Assembly: GCA_965242965.1 (NCBI GenBank)
Contig: OZ251518.1
Coordinates: 1,824,001 to 1,888,000, forward strand
DNA from: Candidatus Poribacteria bacterium
Lineage (GTDB): Bacteria > Poribacteria > WGA-4E > WGA-3G
Length of the DNA stretch: 64,000 bases
Direction: 5' to 3'
Both the position numbers and the translations under genes were made by a program. The notes below the pieces were generated by a model. The model made no database searches and had not been told where the DNA came from. It was given only the letters and a program-made list of their open reading frames with translations. Positions 1 through 9,940 of the stretch are shown piece after piece (position 1 is the first letter of the stretch; every line of letters starts with the position of its first letter).

Positions 1-350
1 ACAGGTTTCCCCCGCGTTACGTTGGTTGTGGGCAGGCTCGTGTGCCTGCCCGGGTATTCCGTTGTCTGAATCAGGATTTTCAAGATTCAAGGATTTCCAG
101 GATGAGGGTTGTTTGTCATCGCAAATCCCTCTGGCGCGTTAGGAATGATCTCCAGATCGCAATTTCTACGAGGGTCTGCCTTGGCTAAGCGATGCGCTCC
201 TAATCCTGTGAATCCTAGAATCTTGCAAATCCTGATTCAGACAGCTAATTGCAATGCGTTTCCAGACAACGTGTCTGGGGTTGCGGCGGGAGGTTGCGGT
301 TGCCTTTCTGCGATGTAGTGCCTCCCGCAAGTATGGAACGTTCCCAAAAC

Positions 351-1418
351 CTACCGGTCGCTGCCCCCGACTTCTGCTGAAAGCAATGGCTGAATTGTTT
401 TCAGTAATTCTTCAATGAGGCGTTTCAGGGCAACCCGGTCTTGTTCCGCTGCCAATTTCAAGGCTGTCTCCCAATCTGCCTTCGCTTCTTCAGCAAGATC
501 GCGATCTACCTTCGTCATCCCACGGTTAATATAGGCCCTCGCGTAAGCCGGCCTCAACCGGAGAGCCTCATCAAAATCAGCCATCGCGGGCTCATATTGA
601 TGCAGCATATTCAGCGCAAACCCACGACTATTGTAGGCTGCAGCGTTGGTTGAATCTCGTGCGATCGCTTGATTGAAGTCCTCAATAGCCCACTGATACT
701 GGCCCAGCACAATCTTCGCAGAGCCGCGTTTATAGTAGACTTCGGCATTATCGGGGTTTGCCGCGAGGATCTGATTGCATTCCGTGATAGCAGTCACAGC
801 TTCATCACATTGCTTCGCGGCCTCTGCGGCATTCTCTTCATTAAAAGGGCTGCGATTTGCCTCCGGCTCGGGTGCACTCCGTGACAAAAAGGGATCCGAT
901 CCTATTTGATGGATGTTCCCCTTAGTTTTCTTTGCTTCCTCGGCTTCCCGGACAGCTCGCTGGGCGGCTTCTTGTGCAGCCTTTGCGGCTTCCTCTGCCG
1001 TTTCCGCATCTTCCTCGATATCCGCTGTTTCTTGGGCAGCTCGCTGGGCAGCTTCTTGGGCAGCCTTTGCGGCTCTGTCAATATCCGCTGTGGATTTTTC
1101 CGCTTGGGATTTAAGTTTCTGAAATTCCTTAAATCCAAGGGCGGCGAGAACAGGAACAGCAAGCGCGAAGACAGTAAAGATAAGCCCGATTACCATCAAC
1201 CATCTATCAACAGACTTATCCCGCCACTCCACGTCTGATTTTAGTTCCTCAAATCGCTTTTCCGATTTCTCCTCCAACTCGCGTCTGATTTCATCAACGC
1301 GGCGTTGGAGTTCAACCTCATCGGTGTGCGCGGATACTACCGAAAGAGGTGTAGGAACCAGCCCGGCTAACCCCAGTAGTATCATCAACATCACGCCAAG
1401 TCTCATTGAGATACGCAT
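351..1418 (-). CDS. Membrane-anchored tetratricopeptide-repeat protein
   Basis: 355 aa; N-terminal signal-like segment, a TM helix (WLMVIGLIFTVFALAVPVLAALG), an Ala/Glu-rich coiled coil, then TPR units (AEVYYKRG, AAAYNSRG, ARAYINRG); RBS AGGGAGG upstream. Confidence 0.85.
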   Translation of the reverse strand: MRISMRLGVMLMILLGLAGLVPTPLSVVSAHTDEVELQRRVDEIRRELEEKSEKRFEELKSDVEWRDKSVDRWLMVIGLIFTVFALAVPVLAALGFKEFQKLKSQAEKSTADIDRAAKAAQEAAQRAAQETADIEEDAETAEEAAKAAQEAAQRAVREAEEAKKTKGNIHQIGSDPFLSRSAPEPEANRSPFNEENAAEAAKQCDEAVTAITECNQILAANPDNAEVYYKRGSAKIVLGQYQWAIEDFNQAIARDSTNAAAYNSRGFALNMLHQYEPAMADFDEALRLRPAYARAYINRGMTKVDRDLAEEAKADWETALKLAAEQDRVALKRLIEELLKTIQPLLSAEVGGSDR

Positions 1419-1637
1419 GGTAATCCCTCCCTAAGGGAAATGAAAACCGTTTGACTTGCCACAAGTGCTCCGAGTGCATTCGGTTTGCCGCATTCCTCCC
1501 AAAAAGCACTGCGCCGGTATCTTGTGCGGCAAAAAGCCGCGCGCAATGTCCTTAGAGCAAACTGGGGAAATAACAACGGAAACCGGTGTAACCGGAAATG
1601 TGGCAGGGAAATGCATCGGGCCAGTCCCAATGCAACG

Positions 1638-1673
1638 AAAATAACCCGCCACGCAAAGAATGCGTGCGGGGTC
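1638..1673 (-). terminator. Possible intrinsic terminator/attenuator hairpin
   Basis: Minus strand GACCCCGCACGCA-TTCTT-TGCGTGGCGGGT followed by TATTTT. Confidence 0.4.
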
Positions 1674-1723
1674 AATGACAAAGTGACGACGAAAGTCGCC
1701 GCTGTCAAGCGAATAAACTTTGC

Positions 1724-1900
1724 TTAACGCCTGTGGGTGTAGGGGGGGGTCGAGCCTCCCCTCTGGGCATTAAGCCGAACGGGAACGCGGCGTGACGGCG
1801 CGACAACGGGCATAGACGCACGGCAAGCGTGCATCTCTCGGTGCCCGGGCAGGTCTACGGTGACCTTTTTCGCAATGGAATAATCAATTCGCTGGTTCAC
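1724..1900 (-). CDS. Possible 58-aa small protein or leader peptide (GTG start)
   Basis: GAGG upstream of a GTG; lies directly downstream of the promoter triplet; no recognisable family. Confidence 0.25.
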   Translation of the reverse strand: MNQRIDYSIAKKVTVDLPGHREMHACRASMPVVAPSRRVPVRLNAQRGGSTPPYTHRR

Positions 1901-1972
1901 GGTATTGTTCCTCTGTTCGGTTTTGATTTCGTGGTGGCGCGTTTTTTCGCGCGCATCACCACGTTTGCAATT

Positions 1973-2150
1973 ATTATACACGAAAAATGCAATAAATGTC
2001 AAACATTTTTTTTTGCGAAAAATCGTGGAAATGTTCACAATTAACCACATTCTATAGGAATTTCGGTTTTTTGTCAACATTTTTCTGCGAAAAATCGTGA
2101 AAAATGTTTAAAACTGAGTTTATTTTAGCAAATTTTGTGTTTTTTGTCAA
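1973..2150 (-). promoter_or_regulatory. Three tandem sigma70-type promoters
   Basis: Minus strand TTGACA-17-TAAAAT (2150-2122), TTGACA-17-TAGAAT (2077-2049) and TTGACA-18-TATAAT (2002-1973). Confidence 0.7.
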
Positions 2151-2180
2151 GGTTATTTCGGAAAAAAAACGCTGCTGCTA

Positions 2181-2347
2181 CCGTAGCGCGGGGGCCTGTC
2201 CCCCGCGATCTATCGACCTAAACGAAAACCGTCCGTACCCCAAAGGCCCCGGACGGTTTCTGTTAAGACCTAGGCATGGCGAGGGACAGGCCCTCGCCCT
2301 ACGGTGAAGGCGGCGCGCTATAGACATTAAGGTCCTACGGACCTAAA
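2181..2347. repeat. GTAG-palindrome (REP-like) cluster
   Basis: GTAGCGCGGGGGCCTGTCCCCCGCG, an inverted GGCGAGGGACAGGCCCTCGCCCTAC, and one AGGTCC/GGACCT module. Confidence 0.85.
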
Positions 2348-2372
2348 GAGACTTGCGGCGCGATACCCTCCT

Positions 2373-2450
2373 AATCCTGAAAATCTTGATAATCTTGAAA
2401 ATCCTGCTCATCTCTTGCTAATCGTGATAATCTTGTAAATCCTGCTTCAG
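2373..2450 (+). repeat. Nonamer tandem repeat AATC(C/T)TGNN
   Basis: aatcctgaa-aatcttgat-aatcttgaa-aatcctgct; related tracts near 67-105, 202-243, 24661-24690, 51246-51282 and 53513-53554. Confidence 0.7.
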
Positions 2451-2496
2451 AATTCCAGCGAAAAAGATCTTTTTTAAAGTTTTTACTATAAAAAAC

Positions 2497-2525
2497 TTGC
2501 AATTTGCATAAAAATGTGGTATACT
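2497..2525 (+). promoter_or_regulatory. sigma70 promoter upstream of moaA
   Basis: TTGCAA-17-TATACT with extended -10 TG. Confidence 0.6.
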
Positions 2526-2598
2526 ATATAATAAACTAATGCAAAGATGCCTATTTAAGGACAGAATACTCCCTGTAGACGAGGTCATACCAAGAAAA

Positions 2599-3606
2599 AT
2601 GAACGAGCAGCTGCGCGACCGTTTCGGACGCATCCATACAAATCTCAGAATCTCCGTCACCGATGTCTGCAACTTCCGGTGCATCTATTGCATGCCTGAA
2701 GACATGGCATTCCTGCCAGACGCGGCACTGATGACGTTTGACGAGCTCCTGCATCTCACCCGCCTTTTCGTCGGGCTCGGGGTGAACAAAGTCCGTATCA
2801 CCGGCGGCGAACCGCTCGTCCGAGATGGCGTGCCAGAATTCATCGCGCAGCTAACAGAAATCGACGGGTTGAAAGACATCAGTTTGACAACCAACGGCAT
2901 CGGGCTCATTAAGCAGGCGCAGGCACTCTACGATGCGGGGCTTCGCCGCATTAATGTGAGCCTGGATACGCTCAACGAAGAAAAATTTGAGCAGATGACG
3001 CGCCGGAAGGTCCTGTCGCGTGTCATCGCCGGACTCAAAGCCGCGCATCAGTGCGGGTTCAACCCGATTAAAGTTAACGCTGTCGCCATGCGCGGGTTCA
3101 CTGACGACGAAATCGTCGATTTGGCCACCTTCGCGCGCGATAACGGTTACCAACTCCGGTTCATCGAATTCATGCCCCTCGATGCCGATGACATCTGGGG
3201 TAGGAATATGTTCATCCCGGGAAAAGAGATTATTGACAAAATCAACGCCATCTACCCGCTGGAGCCAGTCGTGCTAAACGGCGATGCGCGCAGCGATGCC
3301 AAAAGTGACACGGCAACACGCTATCGCTTCACAGACAACGGCACCGAAGTCGGCGTTATCCCCTCGGTCAGCGAACCGTTCTGCGAAAATTGCAACCGCG
3401 TGCGCCTCACCGCCGATGGTAAGTTCCGTACATGCCTATTTTCGCTCACCGAGACAGATCTGCTTACGCCATTACGTGATGGGGCATCGGACGAGACGAT
3501 TGCGCAGCTGATTCACGAGGCTGTGAAACAAAAAGAGGCGGGACATAAAATTAACGCCGCCGATTTCATCAAACCGGAACGAAACATGTCCCGAATCGGC
3601 GGTTAA
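2599..3606 (+). CDS. moaA: GTP 3',8-cyclase (molybdenum cofactor biosynthesis radical SAM enzyme)
   Basis: LRISVTDVCNFRCIYC radical SAM motif, C-terminal CxxCNRxR...C cluster, and terminal MSRIGG; start placed at MNEQLRDRFGR. Confidence 0.95.
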   Translation: MNEQLRDRFGRIHTNLRISVTDVCNFRCIYCMPEDMAFLPDAALMTFDELLHLTRLFVGLGVNKVRITGGEPLVRDGVPEFIAQLTEIDGLKDISLTTNGIGLIKQAQALYDAGLRRINVSLDTLNEEKFEQMTRRKVLSRVIAGLKAAHQCGFNPIKVNAVAMRGFTDDEIVDLATFARDNGYQLRFIEFMPLDADDIWGRNMFIPGKEIIDKINAIYPLEPVVLNGDARSDAKSDTATRYRFTDNGTEVGVIPSVSEPFCENCNRVRLTADGKFRTCLFSLTETDLLTPLRDGASDETIAQLIHEAVKQKEAGHKINAADFIKPERNMSRIGG

Positions 3607-3608
3607 TG

Positions 3609-4051
3609 GAGGGTGTTTCATATCTCGATGGTTTCCCGGTAGGAGAGACCTCGGGGTCTCGATGTTCCCGTAGCGCGGGGGCCTGTCCCCCGCGAGCTCC
3701 AACGTCATGATGTGTGTTTCCCCTGCTGTAGTTTGTGATCGCCTGATCACAAACGGGTCAAGATCAGGCGATCTTGACTTACAGGGCCTCGCGCGCGAAC
3801 GATGGCGAGGGACAGGCCCTCGCCCTACGGTGAGGGGGTGGCGTTTTTTATCGTAGCGCGGGGGCCTGTCCCCCGCGAGCTTTGGAGTGCGCGTGCACGA
3901 GCGATGGCGAGGGACAGGCCCTCGCCCTACGATGAAGAGGGGCTTTCTGCCGCAGCTGCCCTATTGCATCGAGACCGGGAGGTCTCTCCTACGGGAACAT
4001 CGCTTGCATTGAGAGCGGGAGGGCGCGCCAACGGAGTTATGAAACACCCTC
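3609..4051. mobile_element. MITE copy (TIR GAGGGTGTTTCATA...TATGAAACACCCTC) filled with REP modules
   Basis: 14-bp terminal inverted repeats shared with other copies; no clear target duplication at this copy. Confidence 0.65.
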
Positions 4052-4104
4052 ACGTTAAATAAGAACGTGGACATACGAAAAAAAATAGGAGAACAACACA
4101 AAGC

Positions 4105-4893
4105 ATGAGCAATGCCCTGGTGATTAAAGATTTACACATCAATGTCCAAGGGAAACCGATTATCAAAGGGCTGAACCTCAACGTCAACCAAGGCGAGATC
4201 CACGCCTTGATGGGCCCGAACGGTTCAGGCAAAAGCACCCTCGCCAACGGGCTGATGGGGCACCCACTTTACGATATTGATGCCGGTGAAGTGATTTTTA
4301 ACGGTGTCAATGTGTTGGAATTAGAACCGAACGAACGCGCGAAACTCGGACTCTTCCTCGCGTTCCAATACCCGACAGCGATTCCGGGGGTCAGTCTGGC
4401 GAATTTCCTGCGGCTCGCCGTGAGTGCTGTCCGTTCCGAAAGCACAAACGGTTCTGAGAGTGCGGAGCTCATCCCGATGCGGGAATTCCGCCGAGAACTG
4501 CGTGAAAAAATGAAGCAGCTCGGTGTTGACGATTCCTTCGCCACGCGCTACCTCAACGACGGCTTCTCCGGCGGCGAGAAAAAACGCGCCGAGATCTTGC
4601 AACTGGCGATGTTAGAACCGAAGATTGCGATTCTTGACGAAACAGACTCCGGGTTGGATATCGACGCGGTCAGAATTGTCGGCGAGAGTGTCAACCGGCT
4701 AATCGGACCTGAGTTAGGCGTGTTGATTATCACCCACTACCCACGGCTGCTGGACTACATTCGCCCGCAGTTCGTGCATATCCTGCTTGACGGCAGAATA
4801 GTTGAATCCGGCGGATGGGAGCTCACGCAGGCGTTAGAGGCAGAAGGCTATGACCCGGTCCGCGAGAAACACGGCATCGCCGAGGCGGAGTGA
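4105..4893 (+). CDS. sufC: Fe-S cluster assembly ABC ATPase
   Basis: Walker A GPNGSGKS; FLAFQYP, GFSGGEKKR and LDETDSGLDIDA motifs. Confidence 0.97.
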   Translation: MSNALVIKDLHINVQGKPIIKGLNLNVNQGEIHALMGPNGSGKSTLANGLMGHPLYDIDAGEVIFNGVNVLELEPNERAKLGLFLAFQYPTAIPGVSLANFLRLAVSAVRSESTNGSESAELIPMREFRRELREKMKQLGVDDSFATRYLNDGFSGGEKKRAEILQLAMLEPKIAILDETDSGLDIDAVRIVGESVNRLIGPELGVLIITHYPRLLDYIRPQFVHILLDGRIVESGGWELTQALEAEGYDPVREKHGIAEAE

Positions 4894-4909
4894 ATGGGTG
4901 TGGGAACGA

Positions 4910-5042
4910 TCGCGGGGGACAGGCCCCCGCGCTACGGTATCTATAAATGTTCCTTCAACCATAGATCGCGGGGGACAGGCCCCCGCGCTACGGTACCTAT
5001 AGACGTTCCTTCAATCGTAGGGCGAGGGCCTGTCCCTCGCCG
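4910..5042. repeat. REP-like cluster between sufC and sufB
   Basis: Two CGCGGGGGACAGGCCCCCGCGCTAC copies and one GTAGGGCGAGGGCCTGTCCCTCGCC. Confidence 0.85.
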
Positions 5043-5069
5043 ATATTCTGGAAATAAGGAGAAGAAAAA

Positions 5070-6488
5070 ATGGCAACATCACAGCCGAACACCGTTGATC
5101 AGCTCGGTATCAACACCGAGTATCAATACGGCTTCCACGACGATATCAAGCCTACGTTCAAAGCGCGGAAAGGCTTGGACGAGGAAGTCATCAATCAGAT
5201 GTGCGACATCAAGGAAGAACCCGATTGGATGCGCCAGTATCGGCTCAACGCTTATCAAATTTTCAAGCAGAAGCCGATGACGAAGTGGGGAGGAGATCTT
5301 TCCCAGCTCGACTTTGACGACATCTACTACTACGTCAAAGCTTCCGACCGGAGTGAGAGAAGCTGGGACGACGTGCCGGAGGACATCAAGCGGACGTTCG
5401 ACCGGCTCGGTATTCCGCAGGCGGAACGAAAGTTCCTCGCCGGTGTCGGCGCGCAATACGATTCCGAAGTCGTCTACCACAGCATGGTCGAGGAATTGGA
5501 GAAGATCGGGGTGATTTTCCTCGATACCGATACCGCTGTCAAGGAGCATCCGGATTTGGTGAAGAAGTATTTCGGCACCATCATCCCCTCGGCGGATAAC
5601 CAATTCGCTGCGTTGAATAGTGCGGCGTGGAGCGGCGGGAGTTTCGTCTATGTGCCGCCGGGTGTGAAAGTCGAATACCCGTTGCAGGCATACTTCCGCA
5701 TCAACAGCGAGAACATGGGGCAGTTTGAACGCACCCTCATTATCGCCGATGAAGGTTCGCAGGTGCATTACGTTGAAGGTTGCACCGCGCCGACATATAG
5801 CAGCGAATCCTTGCACAGCGCGGTCGTTGAGATTGTCTGCATGAAGGGCTCGCGGGTGCGCTATACCACCATCCAGAATTGGGCGAACAACGTCTATAAT
5901 CTCGTCACGAAACGCGCGCTCGCCTATGAAGACGCGCAGATGGAGTGGGTGGATGGCAATCTCGGCAGTAAACTGACGATGAAGTATCCGAGCGTCTATA
6001 TGATGGAGCCGGGTGCGCGCGGCGAGATTCTCTCGATTGCCTTCGCCACTCAAGGGCAACACCAAGACGCTGGTGCCAAGGTCTACCATTGCGCACCGCA
6101 TACCACCTCGCAGATTACGTCAAAGTCCATCAGCAAAGATGGCGGACGTTCCAGTTATCGCGGGTGGGTAGACGTTGCGAAAGGCGCGAAGGGATGCAAA
6201 TCGCACGTCGTGTGTGACGCGCTCCTCCTCGACAAAGACTCGCGTTCCGATACGTATCCTGTCATCGAAATCGGCGAGAACGACACGAACATCGAGCACG
6301 AGGCGCGCGTCAGCAAAATCGGTGAGGAGCAGCTCTTCTACCTCATGAGCCGCGGGCTTTCAGAGGAAGAAGCATCGACGATGATTGTCAACGGCTTCAT
6401 TGAGCCGCTTGTCAAAGAGCTCCCGATGGAATACGCCGTTGAGATGAACCGCCTCATCCAACTTCAGATGGAAGGCTCCGTGGGCTAG
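5070..6488 (+). CDS. sufB: Fe-S cluster assembly scaffold
   Basis: [32 protein letters not shown] and terminal MEGSVG. Confidence 0.97.
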   Translation: MATSQPNTVDQLGINTEYQYGFHDDIKPTFKARKGLDEEVINQMCDIKEEPDWMRQYRLNAYQIFKQKPMTKWGGDLSQLDFDDIYYYVKASDRSERSWDDVPEDIKRTFDRLGIPQAERKFLAGVGAQYDSEVVYHSMVEELEKIGVIFLDTDTAVKEHPDLVKKYFGTIIPSADNQFAALNSAAWSGGSFVYVPPGVKVEYPLQAYFRINSENMGQFERTLIIADEGSQVHYVEGCTAPTYSSESLHSAVVEIVCMKGSRVRYTTIQNWANNVYNLVTKRALAYEDAQMEWVDGNLGSKLTMKYPSVYMMEPGARGEILSIAFATQGQHQDAGAKVYHCAPHTTSQITSKSISKDGGRSSYRGWVDVAKGAKGCKSHVVCDALLLDKDSRSDTYPVIEIGENDTNIEHEARVSKIGEEQLFYLMSRGLSEEEASTMIVNGFIEPLVKELPMEYAVEMNRLIQLQMEGSVG

Positions 6489-6497
6489 GAAGGTGTC

Positions 6498-7850
6498 ATG
6501 CAAACAGGAGAATTTTCAAAAGCGTTTGTCCAGAAATTAGCGGCAGATGAACCGCGCTGGATGCGCGATAAAAGATTGGAGGCGTATGCGCGCTACGAGT
6601 CGCTGCTCATGCCGCACACCGCCGAAGATGATGTGTGGCGGCGCACGGTGGATATGCGCACGCAAGATTATTGGCGACGCACCCGGCGTTCCCTCCGCGG
6701 GTTCGCCGTTGATAACTATCATCCGAGTGTCCCATCGGTAAGCGCGCGCTCCGACAGCGTGCATGAGGATGACGAAATCGCCGCTCTACTCGCGCAAGTA
6801 GATGGACAAACGCAACAGCATACATTATCGGCAGCCTTGGCCGAAAAAGGTGTCTACTTCGCAGACATCGGCACGGCGTTGAAGGAACGCGAGGAACTGC
6901 TCCGCGCTTACTTCATGAACAAGGCTGTCACGCTTGAAACGGAGTTAAAAAGCGGCAATATCGCGCAGCACAACAAATTTGACGCACTCCACGGCGCGTT
7001 TTGGCACGGCGGATACGTGCTGCACGTGCCGAAAGGCGTGCACGTTGAAATTCCGCTGCGTGTGAGCATCGCACTGTCGGAAGCGAACCGGGCAGATTTA
7101 TCCCACGCGCTCATCATCGCTGAAGCCAGCAGTCAGGTAGTCATCTTGGAGGAGAACCTTTCTCTCGATGCAACAGCGAGTGGGATGCACAGCGGCGCGG
7201 TAGAAATTTTCGCCGGTCAGAACGCCTCTGTAACCTACGTGCAGGTGCAACGGTGGAATCATCACGTCTGGAATTTCGCCTCGCACCGCGCCATCGTTGA
7301 ACGCGATGCGCAGCTTTGCTGGGTCACGGCGACATTCGGCGGACGTTTAAACAAACTGAACCAGGTTTCTGTGCTGGACGGACCCGGCTGTGACGTGAAG
7401 ATGCTCGGGCTCTCTTTCACGGACGGCAGGCAACATTTGGATGTCAGCACGGCGCAAGAGCATGCCTCACCGCATACATCCAGCGATCTGCTCTACCGAA
7501 CCGTTCTGAAAGACCGGGCGCAAAGTGCTTGGGGCGGCAACATTTACGTCTATCCAGAGGCGAATTACACGGATGCGTATCAGAAGAACGACAATCTCGT
7601 TCTCAGCGAACGCGCGCATGCGGATACGTTGCCGGGGTTAGAAATTCAGGCACACGAGGTGCGTTGCACACACGGCGCAACTGCCGGAAAAATCGATCCG
7701 GAACAGATTTTCTACCTGATGAGCCGCGGCATGTCTTACGCACAAGCGGAACGGCTAATCGTTGAGGGGTTCTTTGAACCGGTGCTTGAACGAATTCCGC
7801 TGGAATCGGTGCGAGAAGAATTGAGCGAGTCAATTACGAGGAAACTATAA
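6498..7850 (+). CDS. sufD: Fe-S cluster assembly protein
   Basis: PGLEIQAHEVRCTHGATAG and FYLMSRG motifs; follows sufB. Confidence 0.93.
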   Translation: MQTGEFSKAFVQKLAADEPRWMRDKRLEAYARYESLLMPHTAEDDVWRRTVDMRTQDYWRRTRRSLRGFAVDNYHPSVPSVSARSDSVHEDDEIAALLAQVDGQTQQHTLSAALAEKGVYFADIGTALKEREELLRAYFMNKAVTLETELKSGNIAQHNKFDALHGAFWHGGYVLHVPKGVHVEIPLRVSIALSEANRADLSHALIIAEASSQVVILEENLSLDATASGMHSGAVEIFAGQNASVTYVQVQRWNHHVWNFASHRAIVERDAQLCWVTATFGGRLNKLNQVSVLDGPGCDVKMLGLSFTDGRQHLDVSTAQEHASPHTSSDLLYRTVLKDRAQSAWGGNIYVYPEANYTDAYQKNDNLVLSERAHADTLPGLEIQAHEVRCTHGATAGKIDPEQIFYLMSRGMSYAQAERLIVEGFFEPVLERIPLESVREELSESITRKL

Positions 7851-7964
7851 ACAGGTGGGTTTTCCTAACGGAATTCCTATAACTAACATTTCGGAACGAG
7901 ATTGCCTCGTCCCGTAGGATACCCAGCCGGAAGGTTTGGGTGTTGCAATACTGGAGGTTTTCCA

Positions 7965-8312
7965 ATGAGCCAACCGACAATTATCGCCTATATGAAACCG
8001 GTCTGCGGCTGGAGCAATGGGGTCCGCGCCATCTTCGCCAAATACGGACTGGACTATGATGATAGGGACATTATCAACGACGCGGACAACTACCGTGAGA
8101 TGGTCCAGAAGACCCGGCAGCCGTATCAGCCGTGTGTTCAAATTGACGATGTCATGCTCGCCGATGTGAGCGGTGACGAAGTGGAAGCATACCTCGTGGA
8201 TTCGGGGATTGTCGCCGTCAGCGATACAGCGACAGATGTTCCCACCGACCAGGCTTGCGAGGACCACGGTCCCGCTGCTGCCGCTGTCAACATCGGTTTT
8301 GCGGGACGATAG
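7965..8312 (+). CDS. Monothiol glutaredoxin-like protein (CGWS)
   Basis: GGAGG RBS; MSQPTIIAYMKPVCGWS and QPYQPCVQI give a thioredoxin-fold pattern. Confidence 0.8.
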   Translation: MSQPTIIAYMKPVCGWSNGVRAIFAKYGLDYDDRDIINDADNYREMVQKTRQPYQPCVQIDDVMLADVSGDEVEAYLVDSGIVAVSDTATDVPTDQACEDHGPAAAAVNIGFAGR

Positions 8313-8340
8313 CGCGATGGCCGGTAACGCGCGCTTCCTA

Positions 8341-8648
8341 GTAGGAGAGACCTCCTGGTCTCGATGCATCTTCCGGTAGGAGGGACCTCCTGGTCCCGAT
8401 GCACTTTCTGGTCTCGATGCGTATTGTATCGGGACAGGGATGTCCCTCCTACGGTTCTCGATGCGCATCGTATCGGGACAGGGATGTCCCTCCTACGGCA
8501 GTTGTTTTCGGGACAGGGATGTCCCTCCTACTCTCGATGCATCCCGTAGGAGAGACCTCCTGGTCTCGATGTGTATTGTATCGGGACAGGGATGTCCCTC
8601 CTACGGTTCTCGATGCGTGTTGTATCGGGACAGGGATGTCCCTCCTAC
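8341..8648. repeat. Array of GTAGGAGAGACC-N4-GGTCTCG and GTAGGAGGGACA-N4-TGTCCCG palindromes
   Basis: About 8 copies in both orientations. Confidence 0.85.
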
Positions 8649-8692
8649 TTTTCATCAAAGCGCGTCTACCGGATTCGCTTAAGGAATAAAAA

Positions 8693-9940
8693 ATGCACAC
8701 CGCCAATTTTCGTCCGCTTGACGTGGAAGCCATCCGCGAAGATTTTCCAATCTTCGCGACAGAGCCGCCGTTGGCGTTTTTAGATAGTGCCGCGTCGGCG
8801 CAAACACCGCAGCCGGTCGTCGCGGCGATGGATGCCTATTACGATACGTATCGTTCCAATATCCATCGCGGCGTTTATCGTATCTCCGAGGAGGCGACGG
8901 CGCAATATGAACGTGCCCGTGAGAAGGTGGCGAAGTTAATCAACGCGCCGCGCGCACGTCAAATCGTCTTCACGCGGAACACTACGGAGGCGATTAATCT
9001 CGTCGCATACAGTTGGGGCAGCGCGAACATCGAGGAAGGGGATGAAATCGTCCTCACCGAGATGGAGCACCACAGCAACCTCGTCCCGTGGCAGATGCTG
9101 GCGCAGCGCACCGGTGCGACGCTCCGATTCGTGGAGATAACGGATGAGGGGTTGCTCAACTTTGCGTCGTTCTGCGAACGCTTAAATGAAAAGACGAAGC
9201 TCGTCGCGGTGACGCACGTCTCCAATGTCCTCGGCACGGTGAACCCGTTGCAGTCAATTATCGACGCGGCGCACGCTGTCGGCGCGAAGGTAGTCGTGGA
9301 CGCGGCGCAATCGGTGCCACATTTTCGGGTAGATGTCCAGCAGTTGGACTGCGACTTCCTCGCCTTCTCTGGACATAAAATGTGCGGGCCTACCGGCATC
9401 GGCGTATTATATGGAAAATTGCCGTTGCTGGAAGAGATGCCGCCGTTCCTCGGTGGTGGTTCCATGATTCGCCAGGTGACGCGCGATGTGTCCACTTACG
9501 CCGATGTCCCCGCGAAGTTTGAGGCAGGCACGCCTAGCATCGCCGAAGCGATTGGCCTTGGGCATGCAGTGGATTACATCACGCAGGCGGGATTGGAGGC
9601 AATCCACGTTCACACACAAGAACTCCTGAAATACGCGCACCAACGTCTACAGGAGATTGACGGCCTTGTTTTCTACGGCCCCGAACCGCATCAAAAAGTT
9701 GGGGTGCTCTCCTTTAACTTAGGGGACGTTCATCCGCACGATATCGCTGGGATTTTGGATATGCACGGTGTTGCGCTCCGCGCGGGACATCACTGCGCGC
9801 AGCCGCTGATGGAGAAACTGGATGTCATCGCCACGACGCGCGCCAGTTTCTACCTTTACAACACGCTTGAAGACGTTGAGCGGCTCTACAAAGGGCTCCG
9901 CAAAACACAGGAACTGATGTCCCGGAGACGCAACGGATGA
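8693..9940 (+). CDS. sufS: Cysteine desulfurase (class II)
   Basis: LDSAASAQTP, FSGHKMCGPTG (PLP lysine) and RAGHHCAQP. Confidence 0.97.
   Translation: MHTANFRPLDVEAIREDFPIFATEPPLAFLDSAASAQTPQPVVAAMDAYYDTYRSNIHRGVYRISEEATAQYERAREKVAKLINAPRARQIVFTRNTTEAINLVAYSWGSANIEEGDEIVLTEMEHHSNLVPWQMLAQRTGATLRFVEITDEGLLNFASFCERLNEKTKLVAVTHVSNVLGTVNPLQSIIDAAHAVGAKVVVDAAQSVPHFRVDVQQLDCDFLAFSGHKMCGPTGIGVLYGKLPLLEEMPPFLGGGSMIRQVTRDVSTYADVPAKFEAGTPSIAEAIGLGHAVDYITQAGLEAIHVHTQELLKYAHQRLQEIDGLVFYGPEPHQKVGVLSFNLGDVHPHDIAGILDMHGVALRAGHHCAQPLMEKLDVIATTRASFYLYNTLEDVERLYKGLRKTQELMSRRRNG

Noticed and set aside
1730-1800. Resemblance to group II intron domain VI or a tRNA/tmRNA T-arm on the minus strand
   Set aside because: No domain V consensus (AGC triad, GNRA loop), no reverse transcriptase, and no cloverleaf or acceptor stem could be built.
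3802-4062. Short ORFs with ARDRPSPY / RGPVPR / GGQAPALR peptides (here and in many intergenic regions)
   Set aside because: Spurious translations of GC-rich palindromic repeats with no independent coding evidence.
5079-6101. 340-aa antisense ORF (also 17442-18251, 24444-25298, 46924-47640 and others)
   Set aside because: Shadow ORFs opposite well-supported genes.
6627-6685. Doubled WRRT motif in the SufD N-terminus
   Set aside because: A short local duplication in a variable region; no evidence of an intein or a functional insert.
8341-8648. Possible CRISPR array between the glutaredoxin and sufS
   Set aside because: Mixed orientations, short similar linkers, and the same motifs are dispersed through the window.
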